Under the pieces are notes generated by a model that saw only the letters and a program-made list of their open reading frames with translations, ran no database searches and was not told the DNA's origin. Positions 25,131-33,705 of a DNA stretch of 64,000 bases are shown in pieces. The stretch is taken from contig JBBRSU010000001.1 of assembly GCA_038245195.1 (NCBI GenBank), positions 64,121-128,120 on the forward strand, read 5' to 3'. Position numbers and translations under genes: made by a program. This DNA comes from Candidatus Saccharimonadales bacterium (lineage in GTDB: Bacteria > Patescibacteriota > Saccharimonadia > Saccharimonadales > UBA10212). Each line of letters starts with the position of its first letter. Within the stretch, counting starts at the first letter, position 1.

Positions 25131-27729
25131 AAAACAAACTACTAACTAACAAGAAGCACAGTAAATAAACAAAGTATCGGGTCGGGATTTTTAAATACGT
25201 CGAGTCGTTAATCTTGAATAGAGCTGGCTTGGACGTACTAGCACCGAGCACTTTTGGGCTACTAGGTTGAGTTTTTATCGTCGCAGCTGTATTGATAGAC
25301 GACACTGAATTGTTTGTTGGGTTTTGACTAGCTCTAGCGACCCCTGCATCAGCATCCGTGGATATTAGGCTAGCTGTAGCCGATGTCGGTTTATTTGTAT
25401 TAGTTGGTTGAGGGCCGATGTTACCGTCACAGGCGTCATCCAGCCCGTCTTGGTCGTAATCTTGATTAGATGGCTCAATACCCACACATTTTTGGCTACT
25501 GTCTGAAGTATTATCACCGTCAATATCGTCCGCAGTTTTAGCTATATAAATGTCCTTGTATATGTCTACGGCTTGCCCAAAGATATCTATACCGTAAAAA
25601 TGCAGGCTGTGGTAACCGGCCGGAACGCTTCCGGGAATAGCCAATTGAGTTAATAGGTTCCCGCCAATGTCGTTCGTAAAGCTCCCCAAGCCGATAGAGT
25701 CTGAGTGTATCTCGGCTTTCAATACTGTATTAGGAGCTAGAGCATGTTGGGCTCCGTTAATCTCAATGTCTATCGGAGTTTGCTGGTAGGCAAAATCGGT
25801 AGCTAGAGTTGGCTCGTACTCTATAGAATTAATTGTCCGCCCGGTGTGGTTGATATTCAAGAAATCTAAATTGGTCTCTGAAGGCAGGCCATATGAAGAA
25901 CTGGCAACTGGCATAGGATTTGTTAAATTATGTGTTTTTGAAAGTACTGTGTTTTCCAATAACTGGTGCCCAAAGGCGTTTGGATGATAGCTCTCGTTCC
26001 CAAAAGGTCCTCGAAGAAAACCCGGAGCATCGTTGCCCGATGTTAGTGCGTTTACGGCAACCGACCCAGGCTCGGCTTCACATAGTTTATGGCCGTCTAA
26101 ACTATCCTGAGTATTGACATAGTAGGCACCCGATTTATCGGCCGCCAGTTTAACTACATCATCCAGATAGCTTATTATTTGCTGGGCAAAGTATAGTTCT
26201 TCCTGATTCAAATGGACATTGACAGCGCAATTGCCGTCGGTTTTGGCAATTTGAGGATATCCAATAATATATAGCCGCATATCGGCAGGACCGGTGGCTT
26301 TAAGTTTTTGATAAGTTTGGAGTAGTCGGGGGTACACAGTGTAGTTAACCGACCGAACAAGCTCCAGTCTATCCTCATAAGAACCGTAACAAGTCCCGGG
26401 CTCCAAGCACTTTCGCAATACGGCCGAAAAGCCCATGTCATTACCGCCAACCGACAGCACTACTGACCGCGGTTGATATTGAGTAACAAAATCTAGTTGA
26501 GCCCTATAGCCTGGCAAAAAATTTGTATAAATTTCATCATTATAGGAAATCTGGGTTTTTAATTTTGCTTGCGAGTGTTTAACGCCATTGGGTATTGAAG
26601 TGTCGTAAATATCGGCGGCGACTGCTCCGGAACAGGCCACAGAATGATACGAATTGAAGCCTAAGTCGTTTCCAATTAAGTATGGGTATGAGGACAAAGA
26701 CAGATGACAACCATTACTGGGTAAATCGGTAGTGGCCTGATAGTTAAAAGCACCTTCGCCGGATATGAATGAATCACCCAGGGCCAGATAATCTATCTGG
26801 GAGATAATACTGGAGTTGCTAAGAATGTAACGAGCCGTGCTACTAGATGTGCCGTATAGACTTAGTGTGTCATCATTCAAAAACCGGACATCATTAACAA
26901 GAACATCGCCTCCGGCTTGCTGATTCATGAAAGCTTTTAAACTTCGATTCTGACATGGAACCGGCCCGGTTATTACTCCGGGGGTAGTTGAGCAAGTGCT
27001 AATATCATAGATTTCAAACCGATTAAACTCATTTGAGCCTACAACTGCGTAGCGGCCGTCGTTTGATATCGCATTTTGAACGGCAGGGTCTAAACCAATA
27101 CTATAATTAAAGCCAGCAGCAAATGGGGTAACCTCAAAAGTCTGTAGGTTTATTCGTAACATCGCAACATTTGGCTCAGATACCACCATCCACTGACCAT
27201 TGGATGAAAAACTAATTGATGAATAGTCAGCCGCTAATTTTTGGTTTGATTTATCACTTAGCTCAGCGTCCGGCAGACGAGAGACTTTATAGTATTTATC
27301 CGCTCCACTGGTCTCTAATGTTAGTGAACTTGAAAAATTATAGTTGAAATACAGATTAAAACCATACACTGGATCGGCGGTATAGGTTATCGCTGTCGAA
27401 GAATTAGAGATTGGCAAAAAATGTTGGCGATTATCAACATTACTAATTACCGGCAAATAATCAGGGGTACCATTTAATCTAAGCTGGCTATTCTGGGTAG
27501 CGACTCCATAAAGCGTAGGAACGGTACAGCCTGACTTTCCATCATCTATGCAGTCAATGTTGCCATTTAGGGTGTTGGGTAGTAATTGGGTGTTTACTTG
27601 CTTCTGAATAAACAAATCAGAACTTATCCACGCTGATGCAGTTTGGGCTTTCACTATAAATCCACTTGTAAAAACGGCAGTTACGACAGCTGTCATAAAC
27701 ACCACCCTTAAGCGATTTAGCCTGCTCAT
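25117..27729 (-). CDS. large secreted SGNH/GDSL-hydrolase-domain surface protein with C-terminal hydrophobic anchor
   Basis: Signal peptide. SGNH blocks ALGDSFISGEG (I), SVGGNDMGF (III) and ESYHPNAFGH (V). Asp-rich DIDGDNTSD...DYDQDGLDDACD calcium-binding-like motifs. Terminal hydrophobic segment YFVYLLCFLLVSSLFFSLI. Confidence 0.75.
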   Translation of the reverse strand: MSRLNRLRVVFMTAVVTAVFTSGFIVKAQTASAWISSDLFIQKQVNTQLLPNTLNGNIDCIDDGKSGCTVPTLYGVATQNSQLRLNGTPDYLPVISNVDNRQHFLPISNSSTAITYTADPVYGFNLYFNYNFSSSLTLETSGADKYYKVSRLPDAELSDKSNQKLAADYSSISFSSNGQWMVVSEPNVAMLRINLQTFEVTPFAAGFNYSIGLDPAVQNAISNDGRYAVVGSNEFNRFEIYDISTCSTTPGVITGPVPCQNRSLKAFMNQQAGGDVLVNDVRFLNDDTLSLYGTSSSTARYILSNSSIISQIDYLALGDSFISGEGAFNYQATTDLPSNGCHLSLSSYPYLIGNDLGFNSYHSVACSGAVAADIYDTSIPNGVKHSQAKLKTQISYNDEIYTNFLPGYRAQLDFVTQYQPRSVVLSVGGNDMGFSAVLRKCLEPGTCYGSYEDRLELVRSVNYTVYPRLLQTYQKLKATGPADMRLYIIGYPQIAKTDGNCAVNVHLNQEELYFAQQIISYLDDVVKLAADKSGAYYVNTQDSLDGHKLCEAEPGSVAVNALTSGNDAPGFLRGPFGNESYHPNAFGHQLLENTVLSKTHNLTNPMPVASSSYGLPSETNLDFLNINHTGRTINSIEYEPTLATDFAYQQTPIDIEINGAQHALAPNTVLKAEIHSDSIGLGSFTNDIGGNLLTQLAIPGSVPAGYHSLHFYGIDIFGQAVDIYKDIYIAKTADDIDGDNTSDSSQKCVGIEPSNQDYDQDGLDDACDGNIGPQPTNTNKPTSATASLISTDADAGVARASQNPTNNSVSSINTAATIKTQPSSPKVLGASTSKPALFKINDSTYLKIPTRYFVYLLCFLLVSSLFFSLI

Positions 27730-27831
27730 TAACTAATTCGAATAATTAGTCAAATTATCTCAGTTTTTAAACAATTATAATAAGGCTTGTGCTAAATTTA
27801 GATTTATTTAAGCTAAATTGTTGTTGTTTGG

Positions 27832-28341
27832 TCAGGGCTTGGCGACGGAGAAGCTGTTGACGCCATCGCCGGTAATTTTGCCGACAGAATCGCTGTTGTA
27901 GTAGTAAAGTGGCATGCCCTTGTAAGCATATTGTTTGCCACCATCACTGCGAGTGATAACTGTAGCATTATCGGGCAGGGTGGTTGGGGCTTTGGAAGCA
28001 TCGTAAATCGGCCAAGCCGTTAAGCAGCTACCGGAACAATTACTAACTCCGGTTGTGTCGGAGGCGTAGGTGTACAAAGGTTTGCCATTACTACCGGCAA
28101 GGTATTGGCCCAGTTTGGAATCGGTTTTGGTAGTAACTACTTGGGCGGCAACTGTGGTTTTAGCCGTGGACTTTTTGGGAATCGGTGTTTGGTAAGCCGC
28201 CGCGTTATCCAGTGTAGCCCTTGTATCACTATTAGTATGGAAGACATACCAGGTAATAAAGGCTAATAAGCCGACAATTACTAAAACTAGAACAGTTTCC
28301 ACAGGCGAAAAACCGCTTTGATTAAACTTTTTCATTTCCAA
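27832..28341 (-). CDS. type IV pilin-like protein fused to two Y-x-(FWY)-x-x-D 'secreted repeat' (COG4315-like) modules
   Basis: Prepilin signal MEMKKFNQSG|FSPVETVLVLVIVGLLA (G-1, F+1, E+5). Two repeats follow: GKPLYTYASDTTGVSNCSGSCLTAWP and GMPLYYYNSDSVGKITGDG. Confidence 0.7.
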   Translation of the reverse strand: MEMKKFNQSGFSPVETVLVLVIVGLLAFITWYVFHTNSDTRATLDNAAAYQTPIPKKSTAKTTVAAQVVTTKTDSKLGQYLAGSNGKPLYTYASDTTGVSNCSGSCLTAWPIYDASKAPTTLPDNATVITRSDGGKQYAYKGMPLYYYNSDSVGKITGDGVNSFSVAKP

Positions 28342-28484
28342 AAACTCCCCATTAATAACTTAAATATAGTCCAACTTCGATAAACGAGCAATAAGCTGAG
28401 GTGGATTTTTAGAGGTGTAAATAAGAGTCGACATGTAGTAATATTTATTAGACAAATAGTCTATAAGATAGTATAATTAAATTA

Positions 28485-28754
28485 ATGGAGAATTTAAGTA
28501 CCGGACCGCAGTTCGCTATGGATCAGAGCCAAATAATTGAACATATGGAAAGCCATTTGGAAGAGCTTAGAATTGGTTTTTATGACTTTCTAGGACCTGA
28601 TTCTGTAAGTGAATTAGCTAAATATTATCGAGAGGCACTTAGTTTTTTCTGTAATCCTAGCCTAATCGATAATATGTCACCGGAAGCACTTGAAGCAAGA
28701 TATTACTCGATCGTTAATGAAGCCAACGACCGGTTGGCAGAACTAATAACTTAG
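28485..28754 (+). CDS. hypothetical protein
   Basis: 89-aa ORF in an AT-rich region. No motif. Confidence 0.4.
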   Translation: MENLSTGPQFAMDQSQIIEHMESHLEELRIGFYDFLGPDSVSELAKYYREALSFFCNPSLIDNMSPEALEARYYSIVNEANDRLAELIT

Positions 28755-28797
28755 ACGGCATAGCACACTGAACGGGCTTAGAGCCAAAATAACAATC

Positions 28798-29160
28798 TCA
28801 ATTTAGCAGTTTGGATCGGTAGACATAAAAATACAAAGCTACGAACAATGGGATAAGCGGTACAAACGTAGTTAATCCATCAATCGTACTTGTGGCCGGA
28901 GATGCTCCATATCTTTGATCAAGCTTGAAACTATAAGCTAACTGATAGATTAAGGCAGTTATGGCAAATAAGATCCAGAAGCTTTTTGATATTAATCTAT
29001 GCTTATACGCATAACCGTATACCCCTATCAGCCCGACTATCATGAAGAATATGTTCAGCCAATCTACTAAATGTAACTTCCAGGTTACGTTGTTCCCGGT
29101 CACCAAAATGGCGGCTATTATAAAGGCTACCAGCAACCAGAAATAGACTTTCCAAATCAT
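28798..29160 (-). CDS. hypothetical polytopic membrane protein
   Basis: 120 aa with about four hydrophobic helices. Confidence 0.5.
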   Translation of the reverse strand: MIWKVYFWLLVAFIIAAILVTGNNVTWKLHLVDWLNIFFMIVGLIGVYGYAYKHRLISKSFWILFAITALIYQLAYSFKLDQRYGASPATSTIDGLTTFVPLIPLFVALYFYVYRSKLLN

Positions 29161-29191
29161 GTAATAAACAAAGCATAAAGTTCTTGTGCTT

Positions 29192-29268
29192 TGGTACGCG
29201 TGGCAGGATTCGAACCTACGACCTTCGGCTCCGCAAGCCGACGCTCTATCCAGCTGAGCTACACGCGC
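29192..29268 (-). tRNA. tRNA-Arg (anticodon GCG), CCA encoded
   Basis: Hand-folded cloverleaf: acceptor GCGCGTG/CACGCGT, D arm GCTC-AGCTGGATA-GAGC, anticodon arm TCGGC-TTGCGGA-GCCGA, T arm GTAGG-TTCGAAT-CCTGC, then A-CCA. Confidence 0.88.
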
Positions 29269-29311
29269 ACAACAGGGGTAATTCTAGCAAATTACAGAGA
29301 TAAAAGCCAGT

Positions 29312-29881
29312 TTACAGGCGCAAGCGGCGGGATAATCGGTCAACCGCGTCCATCTTGCGCTCTTCGTAAGGCAAGTAATCACCAAGCGAATCGATAATCT
29401 TTTCTCCGTCTTTTGGATCGAAATAAGCAGAGACTGGTGGCATGAACCGTTTGAGCGGAAAAAAATTGACACTGCTGAGCGGTCCTTCTTGCAGAACCGC
29501 GAATGATTTAAAAGAGCCATACGGGTAATTTTTGCCATTAACGCTAAGGCCGGCATCGGAAATTTGGTATTGCACCTTGCTAGGCTTATGGCCAGCAAAA
29601 ACCGCCACAATCACCCCAACTACCAAAATGGTACCGGTAGCAAAAAAGTCTTTTGACATCAGATAAACTAAGCCGGCGAGGAGTACAGTGCCAACCGCTA
29701 GAGTCATATACCAGCTGGAGGGGTGGGGGTGTTCAATAAACTCAGCGGCCTGCCACGAAATTTCAGCTGGCCGTTTGATATGGTTGGCCGGAGCTGAACT
29801 GCCTAATGAACTATTATTAGTATCTACTGAGGTTGTGCCGTTGGGTTTGTATTCCCATGGTGAGTTTTGATCTTGGTTCAT
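29312..29881 (-). CDS. hypothetical membrane protein
   Basis: 189 aa with two central TM helices (WYMTLAVGTVLLAGLVYL, GTILVVGVIVAVFAG) followed by a soluble C-terminal domain. Confidence 0.55.
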   Translation of the reverse strand: MNQDQNSPWEYKPNGTTSVDTNNSSLGSSAPANHIKRPAEISWQAAEFIEHPHPSSWYMTLAVGTVLLAGLVYLMSKDFFATGTILVVGVIVAVFAGHKPSKVQYQISDAGLSVNGKNYPYGSFKSFAVLQEGPLSSVNFFPLKRFMPPVSAYFDPKDGEKIIDSLGDYLPYEERKMDAVDRLSRRLRL

Positions 29882-29993
29882 AATTTAAGCTTTAGCTTGT
29901 AGAGATATTGTATCTAATTAGAGCCAGTAAGACCATCTGGTCATCGAAGGTGTTTATTTGATATACTTACCTCTGTTCTTTCAGCCCTACCAA

Positions 29994-30079
29994 GGAAGGG
30001 TGACCGAGCGGTTGAAGGTACCGGTCTTGAAAACCGGCAAACGAAAGTTTCGTGGGTTCGAATCCCACCCCTTCCGCCA
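29994..30079 (+). tRNA. tRNA-Ser (anticodon TGA), CCA encoded
   Basis: Class II tRNA: acceptor GGAAGGG/CCCTTCC, anticodon arm CCGGT-CTTGAAA-ACCGG, long variable arm, T arm GTGGG-TTCGAAT-CCCAC. Confidence 0.92.
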
Positions 30080-30089
30080 GTTACATCGA

Positions 30090-30182
30090 GGAGAGGTACC
30101 CAAGTGGTTGAAGGGGTCGGTTTGCTAAATCGATAGTGGGGCGCAAGCTCCAGCGAGGGTTCGAATCCCTCCCTCTCCGCCA
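30090..30182 (+). tRNA. tRNA-Ser (anticodon GCT), CCA encoded
   Basis: Acceptor GGAGAGG/CCTCTCC, anticodon arm TCGGT-TTGCTAA-ATCGA, long variable arm, T arm GAGGG-TTCGAAT-CCCTC. Confidence 0.92.
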
Positions 30183-30217
30183 AAATAAATACTTAACATG
30201 TTAAGTATTTATTTTTT
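30183..30217. terminator. perfect AT-rich palindrome / bidirectional terminator
   Basis: aaaataaatacttaaca|tgttaagtatttatttt is a perfect 32-nt palindrome followed by ttt. It sits between the tRNA-Ser 3' end and the comFC stop. Confidence 0.6.
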
Positions 30218-30899
30218 ATAAGCGCTTAGCAAAAAGCACAGCATCAACTCGACTGGCTCCAGCCATCTTTAGAGCTTTTGTGGCAGCGATAATGGTGCCG
30301 CCGGTGGTAAGCACATCATCAACTAGTAGAATTTTTCGCCCTATAATTTGATTAGCGTTTTTGGTAGCAAAACTATGGGCCAGCTGAACAAGCCGATCCT
30401 CTCGCTTAGCCCCCAGCTGTCGGCTCTGCCCTAGGCGACGCAAATTATTTGAATACTCCAATTTAAGTTTTGACGCCAAGTTTTTGGCCAACAGCTCGCT
30501 ATGGCCAAAACCACGCTGACGTATCCGGCTGGTGGCCGTTGGTACCGGCACTACCAAATAATTCACCCTGGGCAACCCATAGCTATGAAAAGTTTTAACC
30601 ATCAGCCGAGCAATTGGCTCGGCGGCGGCTCGCAAATGTCCAAATTTATATCGTCTAACAAGTTGCTGGGCCACAGCTTCGTAATTAGTAGTTATCCACA
30701 CGTAGCTGGGCCCGCCCACATGGTGACAGTTATCGCAGGTCTTAGCATTCAAACTTAGTTTATTACAACGCCAGCAGCGCTCGCCGAAAGGCATAATCAC
30801 AGAGGCGGAACAGCCTAAACAAAGCACCAGCGATTCTTGCCCGCACACTAGGCAATCTGGCGGTGCTATCCACCCAACAAAAGTCTCAAGTACGCTCAT
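30216..30899 (-). CDS. comFC: ComF-family protein (phosphoribosyltransferase domain)
   Basis: N-terminal Cys4 zinc-finger pattern (CLVCG...CLGC...CWRCNK...CDNC) and PRT motif ILLVDDVLTTGGTI. Confidence 0.85.
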   Translation of the reverse strand: MSVLETFVGWIAPPDCLVCGQESLVLCLGCSASVIMPFGERCWRCNKLSLNAKTCDNCHHVGGPSYVWITTNYEAVAQQLVRRYKFGHLRAAAEPIARLMVKTFHSYGLPRVNYLVVPVPTATSRIRQRGFGHSELLAKNLASKLKLEYSNNLRRLGQSRQLGAKREDRLVQLAHSFATKNANQIIGRKILLVDDVLTTGGTIIAATKALKMAGASRVDAVLFAKRL

Positions 30900-30937
30900 G
30901 TTGTATATAATCCGTTGTAAATAATCGTATCAAACTG

Positions 30938-30967
30938 TTGCACCAGAGAAAGTGCCTAAGCTATACT
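30938..30967 (+). promoter_or_regulatory. sigma70-like promoter upstream of hsp20
   Basis: TTGCAC (30938-30943), 18-nt spacer, TATACT (30962-30967). Confidence 0.4.
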
Positions 30968-31024
30968 AGCATTAACACAAAGACGCAAATCCTAAAATTA
31001 ACCTAACTTGTTTGGAGGGATGAT

Positions 31025-31504
31025 ATGGCTCGAAGTAGCCAACCACAGGACGATCTTTTGATGGGCGACGATATCACCGCTGCGTTTTTGAGTGAAGATG
31101 AAACCACGGTTTCTACGGCTCAAGAAGCACCGCAATCGGTGGCTGATGATAATGACGAATGGGACGAGGGTGAACCCGTAGCCGGACAGCTAGCAGTTGA
31201 CGTTTATGAAACCAAGGAAAAATTGGTTGTAAAAGGCCGAGTCGCAGGTGTTAATAAGACTGATTTAGACGTTAGTATTTCTGATAATACCCTAACTGTT
31301 CGTGGCACCCTGAGTGCCGGCAACGAGGATGGGGTAGAGAACTACTTTTTGCAGGAATGTTACTGGGGTGAATTTAGCCGTAGCTTGGTTTTACCGGTCC
31401 CGGTTAAAGAAGATGAGATTGAAGCTGTACTCAAGGACGGCGTGCTAACGGTTAGCTTCGCAAAAATGAAGCAAGACACAGTTAAGAAAATCGAAGTCCT
31501 TTAG
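31025..31504 (+). CDS. Hsp20/alpha-crystallin small heat-shock protein
   Basis: Alpha-crystallin domain: LAVDVYETKEKLVVKGRVAGVNKTDLDVSISDNTLTVRG...FSRSLVLPVPV...AVLKDGVLTVSFAK. Confidence 0.92.
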   Translation: MARSSQPQDDLLMGDDITAAFLSEDETTVSTAQEAPQSVADDNDEWDEGEPVAGQLAVDVYETKEKLVVKGRVAGVNKTDLDVSISDNTLTVRGTLSAGNEDGVENYFLQECYWGEFSRSLVLPVPVKEDEIEAVLKDGVLTVSFAKMKQDTVKKIEVL

Positions 31505-31542
31505 ATCTTCGTAGGTATTTGGTCTTAGGCAATAGGTCATTT

Positions 31543-31568
31543 AAAAACTCTCCGGAAGGAGAGTTTTT
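31543..31568. terminator. bidirectional rho-independent terminator
   Basis: aaaaactctcc-ggaa-ggagagttttt forms an 11-bp stem with A/T runs on both sides. It lies between hsp20 and the last pilin gene. Confidence 0.7.
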
Positions 31569-31594
31569 AATATATCCCTAAGAACTATGTAATA

Positions 31595-32020
31595 TTAACC
31601 GGTTGTCAGTTTACTCAGGGTAAACCGCACGATTAATTGGGCCAAAGCTACTACCACTAGGCCTATGATGGCATAAAGAATCGTGTTCTTAGCACTAGTT
31701 ACGCTGGTATCATTCCCGCCGCTAGTAATGTATCTAAAGCCGCCGACAATAATCATAATCACTGCCACAATGCCCACAATTGCCGATAACAGATTAACAA
31801 TTGTGTGAACAATACTGTTTATCCTATCTGTGGCATCACTTCCGGCAGATGAACACTGGCCCGGGCTTTCGGTAAACTGAAGGTTGGAACCAGCACACAG
31901 ACCATTATTTATCTGCTGTTGGGCATCCTGGGCAAAAACTGGTACAGCTAGACCGCCTGCAATCAGTACAGTGGCCACAAAGCCGCCAAGCCATATTTTA
32001 AACTTCTTCATACCCACCAT
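31595..32020 (-). CDS. VirB2/TrbC-like T4SS pilin paralog 1
   Basis: Signal peptide, Cys pair in the variable region, then a two-TM hairpin with the loop GGFRYITSGGN...SAKNTILYAIIGLVVVALAQ shared by all seven paralogs. Confidence 0.7.
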   Translation of the reverse strand: MVGMKKFKIWLGGFVATVLIAGGLAVPVFAQDAQQQINNGLCAGSNLQFTESPGQCSSAGSDATDRINSIVHTIVNLLSAIVGIVAVIMIIVGGFRYITSGGNDTSVTSAKNTILYAIIGLVVVALAQLIVRFTLSKLTTG

Positions 32021-32051
32021 TATATTGGAATATTATTCTCTATCCTAGTAA

Positions 32052-32492
32052 CTAGCCAGTTACGTTAGTAGTATTGTTCAATACAAAGTGAACAATAATT
32101 TGTGCTAGTGCTACGATGACTAGCCCAATGATTGCATATAGGATGGTATTCTTCGCTGATTTAGCACCTTCTGGGTTACCCGCACTGACAACATAGCGGA
32201 AACCACCGATAATTATCATTACTACCGCGATAGCACCGATTATAACCGATAACACGTTAATTACGGTTCTGATCAGCTTGCCTATGCCACTACTTCCTTG
32301 ATCGCAACCTTGCGTCCCTCCAGTGAGATCGATATTAGATCCGCTACACAGACATTGATTGGTATTGCTCGGGGTTACAGTAGTACCCGTGGTACAGTCA
32401 ATGGCCATAACCGTAACTGGTATTGCGGCAGTAAGGCTGAACATTACAACAGCAATCATGGATAGTGCGATTGATTTGATTTTGTTTATCAT
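32052..32492 (-). CDS. VirB2/TrbC-like T4SS pilin paralog 2
   Basis: Signal peptide, four Cys, GGFRYVVSAGN...SAKNTILYAIIGLVIVALAQ. Confidence 0.7.
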   Translation of the reverse strand: MINKIKSIALSMIAVVMFSLTAAIPVTVMAIDCTTGTTVTPSNTNQCLCSGSNIDLTGGTQGCDQGSSGIGKLIRTVINVLSVIIGAIAVVMIIIGGFRYVVSAGNPEGAKSAKNTILYAIIGLVIVALAQIIVHFVLNNTTNVTG

Positions 32493-32565
32493 TTTTTAGT
32501 TATTCCTTATTTATATTGTTTAAGTATATATTCTCTTGTAGCATAGTCAACTTGCTTACGGCAAA

Positions 32566-33015
32566 CTATTTACACTGGCCGGTCACAGTTTTCCCTTTCG
32601 GGCAGTCCTGAACACCGTTAATTACAAACTGAACAATGATCTGCGCGAACGCAACTATTACTAAGCCAACTAAGGCATATATTATCGTGTTCTTGGCACT
32701 CTTCGTGGCCTCGGCATTACCAGAGCTTGTAACATAACGGAAACCACCGACAATTAGCATAATCACTGCGGCGGCTCCAGCAAACACTGACATTATGTTT
32801 ATAACTGTTTTGATTGTATCGCTAACCGTCGTAGGTGCTCCGGATGGATCGCAATTTGCGGCGGTGCCATTGGCTTCACAGGTCCCACATTGAATCTGTT
32901 CTTTAGAACTTGCGGGTGCACTACAGTTGATTGCCGCATAAGCAGGCGACAAAGGGAACAGTGAGCCAGTGATTAGAGTCACAAGCAAAGTTATTTTTAT
33001 TATAAAGTTTTTCAT
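32566..33015 (-). CDS. VirB2/TrbC-like T4SS pilin paralog 3
   Basis: Signal peptide, four Cys, GGFRYVTSSGN...SAKNTIIYALVGLVIVAFAQ, plus an extra C-terminal Cys pair (DCPKGKTVTGQCK). Confidence 0.7.
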   Translation of the reverse strand: MKNFIIKITLLVTLITGSLFPLSPAYAAINCSAPASSKEQIQCGTCEANGTAANCDPSGAPTTVSDTIKTVINIMSVFAGAAAVIMLIVGGFRYVTSSGNAEATKSAKNTIIYALVGLVIVAFAQIIVQFVINGVQDCPKGKTVTGQCK

Positions 33016-33025
33016 ACTTACCTAT

Positions 33026-33433
33026 TTACTTTAACAGCCTATCTGTTACAAAAGAAATAGTGGTCCAAGCTAGAGCAACTATTATCAACCCAATTACAGC
33101 ATAAATAATTCTTTTTCTAGCGTTGGCTACAGCTTCGGCATTGCCCGAGGAAGTTATCATTGTAATACCGCCGAGAATTATATACACAACTGCAGCCACG
33201 CCAGTAGCAATTGCGATAATTTCAGTAGCGGTTTTAATAACTTTATTTACTGGATTAGTTGATGTACCCGAACCGATATCTTTACATACCGCACTGTTGG
33301 CCGCAGTGCTCCCCGATTTACAAATCTGAAATAATTGGCTGTTAGTGGTTGCTGCAAGTGTAGGACTTCCTAAAGCTAAAGTACTGTAGGCTATCAATGC
33401 TACCAGAAGAATTGCTGAAAATATTCTATTCAT
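33026..33433 (-). CDS. VirB2/TrbC-like T4SS pilin paralog 4
   Basis: Signal peptide, two Cys, GGITMITSSGN...NARKRIIYAVIGLIIVALA. Confidence 0.65.
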   Translation of the reverse strand: MNRIFSAILLVALIAYSTLALGSPTLAATTNSQLFQICKSGSTAANSAVCKDIGSGTSTNPVNKVIKTATEIIAIATGVAAVVYIILGGITMITSSGNAEAVANARKRIIYAVIGLIIVALAWTTISFVTDRLLK

Positions 33434-33705
33434 GGTGCTCTATTCAATACGAAATTCACAATTGTCGCTGCCAATGCTATTACCACTAAGCCCACGAGCG
33501 TATAAGTTATCATCCGCTTGGAATCAGCTACCTTAGTCGCGTCGCCCTGGGAAATAGTATAGCGGAATCCAGCAATCACTAGCATGAGTAGTGCGAGGGC
33601 TCCCATTATTCCCAAAATAATGTTGATAATGTTTGTGATGTCGTTAGCCTTGGCGTGTGGCAAGTTTGATGCGTCTACCAATATGGAAAAAAGGCCCATG
33701 CTCAA
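33430..33705 (-). CDS. VirB2/TrbC-like paralog 5 (short, no signal peptide or Cys region)
   Basis: 91 aa. AGFRYTISQGD...DSKRMITYTLVGLVVIALA. ATGA overlaps with both neighbours. Confidence 0.6.
   Translation of the reverse strand: MSMGLFSILVDASNLPHAKANDITNIINIILGIMGALALLMLVIAGFRYTISQGDATKVADSKRMITYTLVGLVVIALAATIVNFVLNRAP

Noticed and set aside
29941-30183. 80-aa minus-strand ORF, and the 68-aa plus-strand ORF at 29191-29397
   Set aside because: Both are fully explained by tRNA genes on the other strand (two tRNA-Ser and tRNA-Arg). Their 'protein' sequences are translations of tRNA stems.
30938-30967. CIRCE (HrcA) or HAIR (HspR) heat-shock operator at the hsp20 promoter
   Set aside because: Only a 4-bp GCAC...GTGC inverted repeat is present. 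It matches neither TTAGCACTC-N9-GAGTGCTAA nor CTTGAGT-N7-ACTCAAG.
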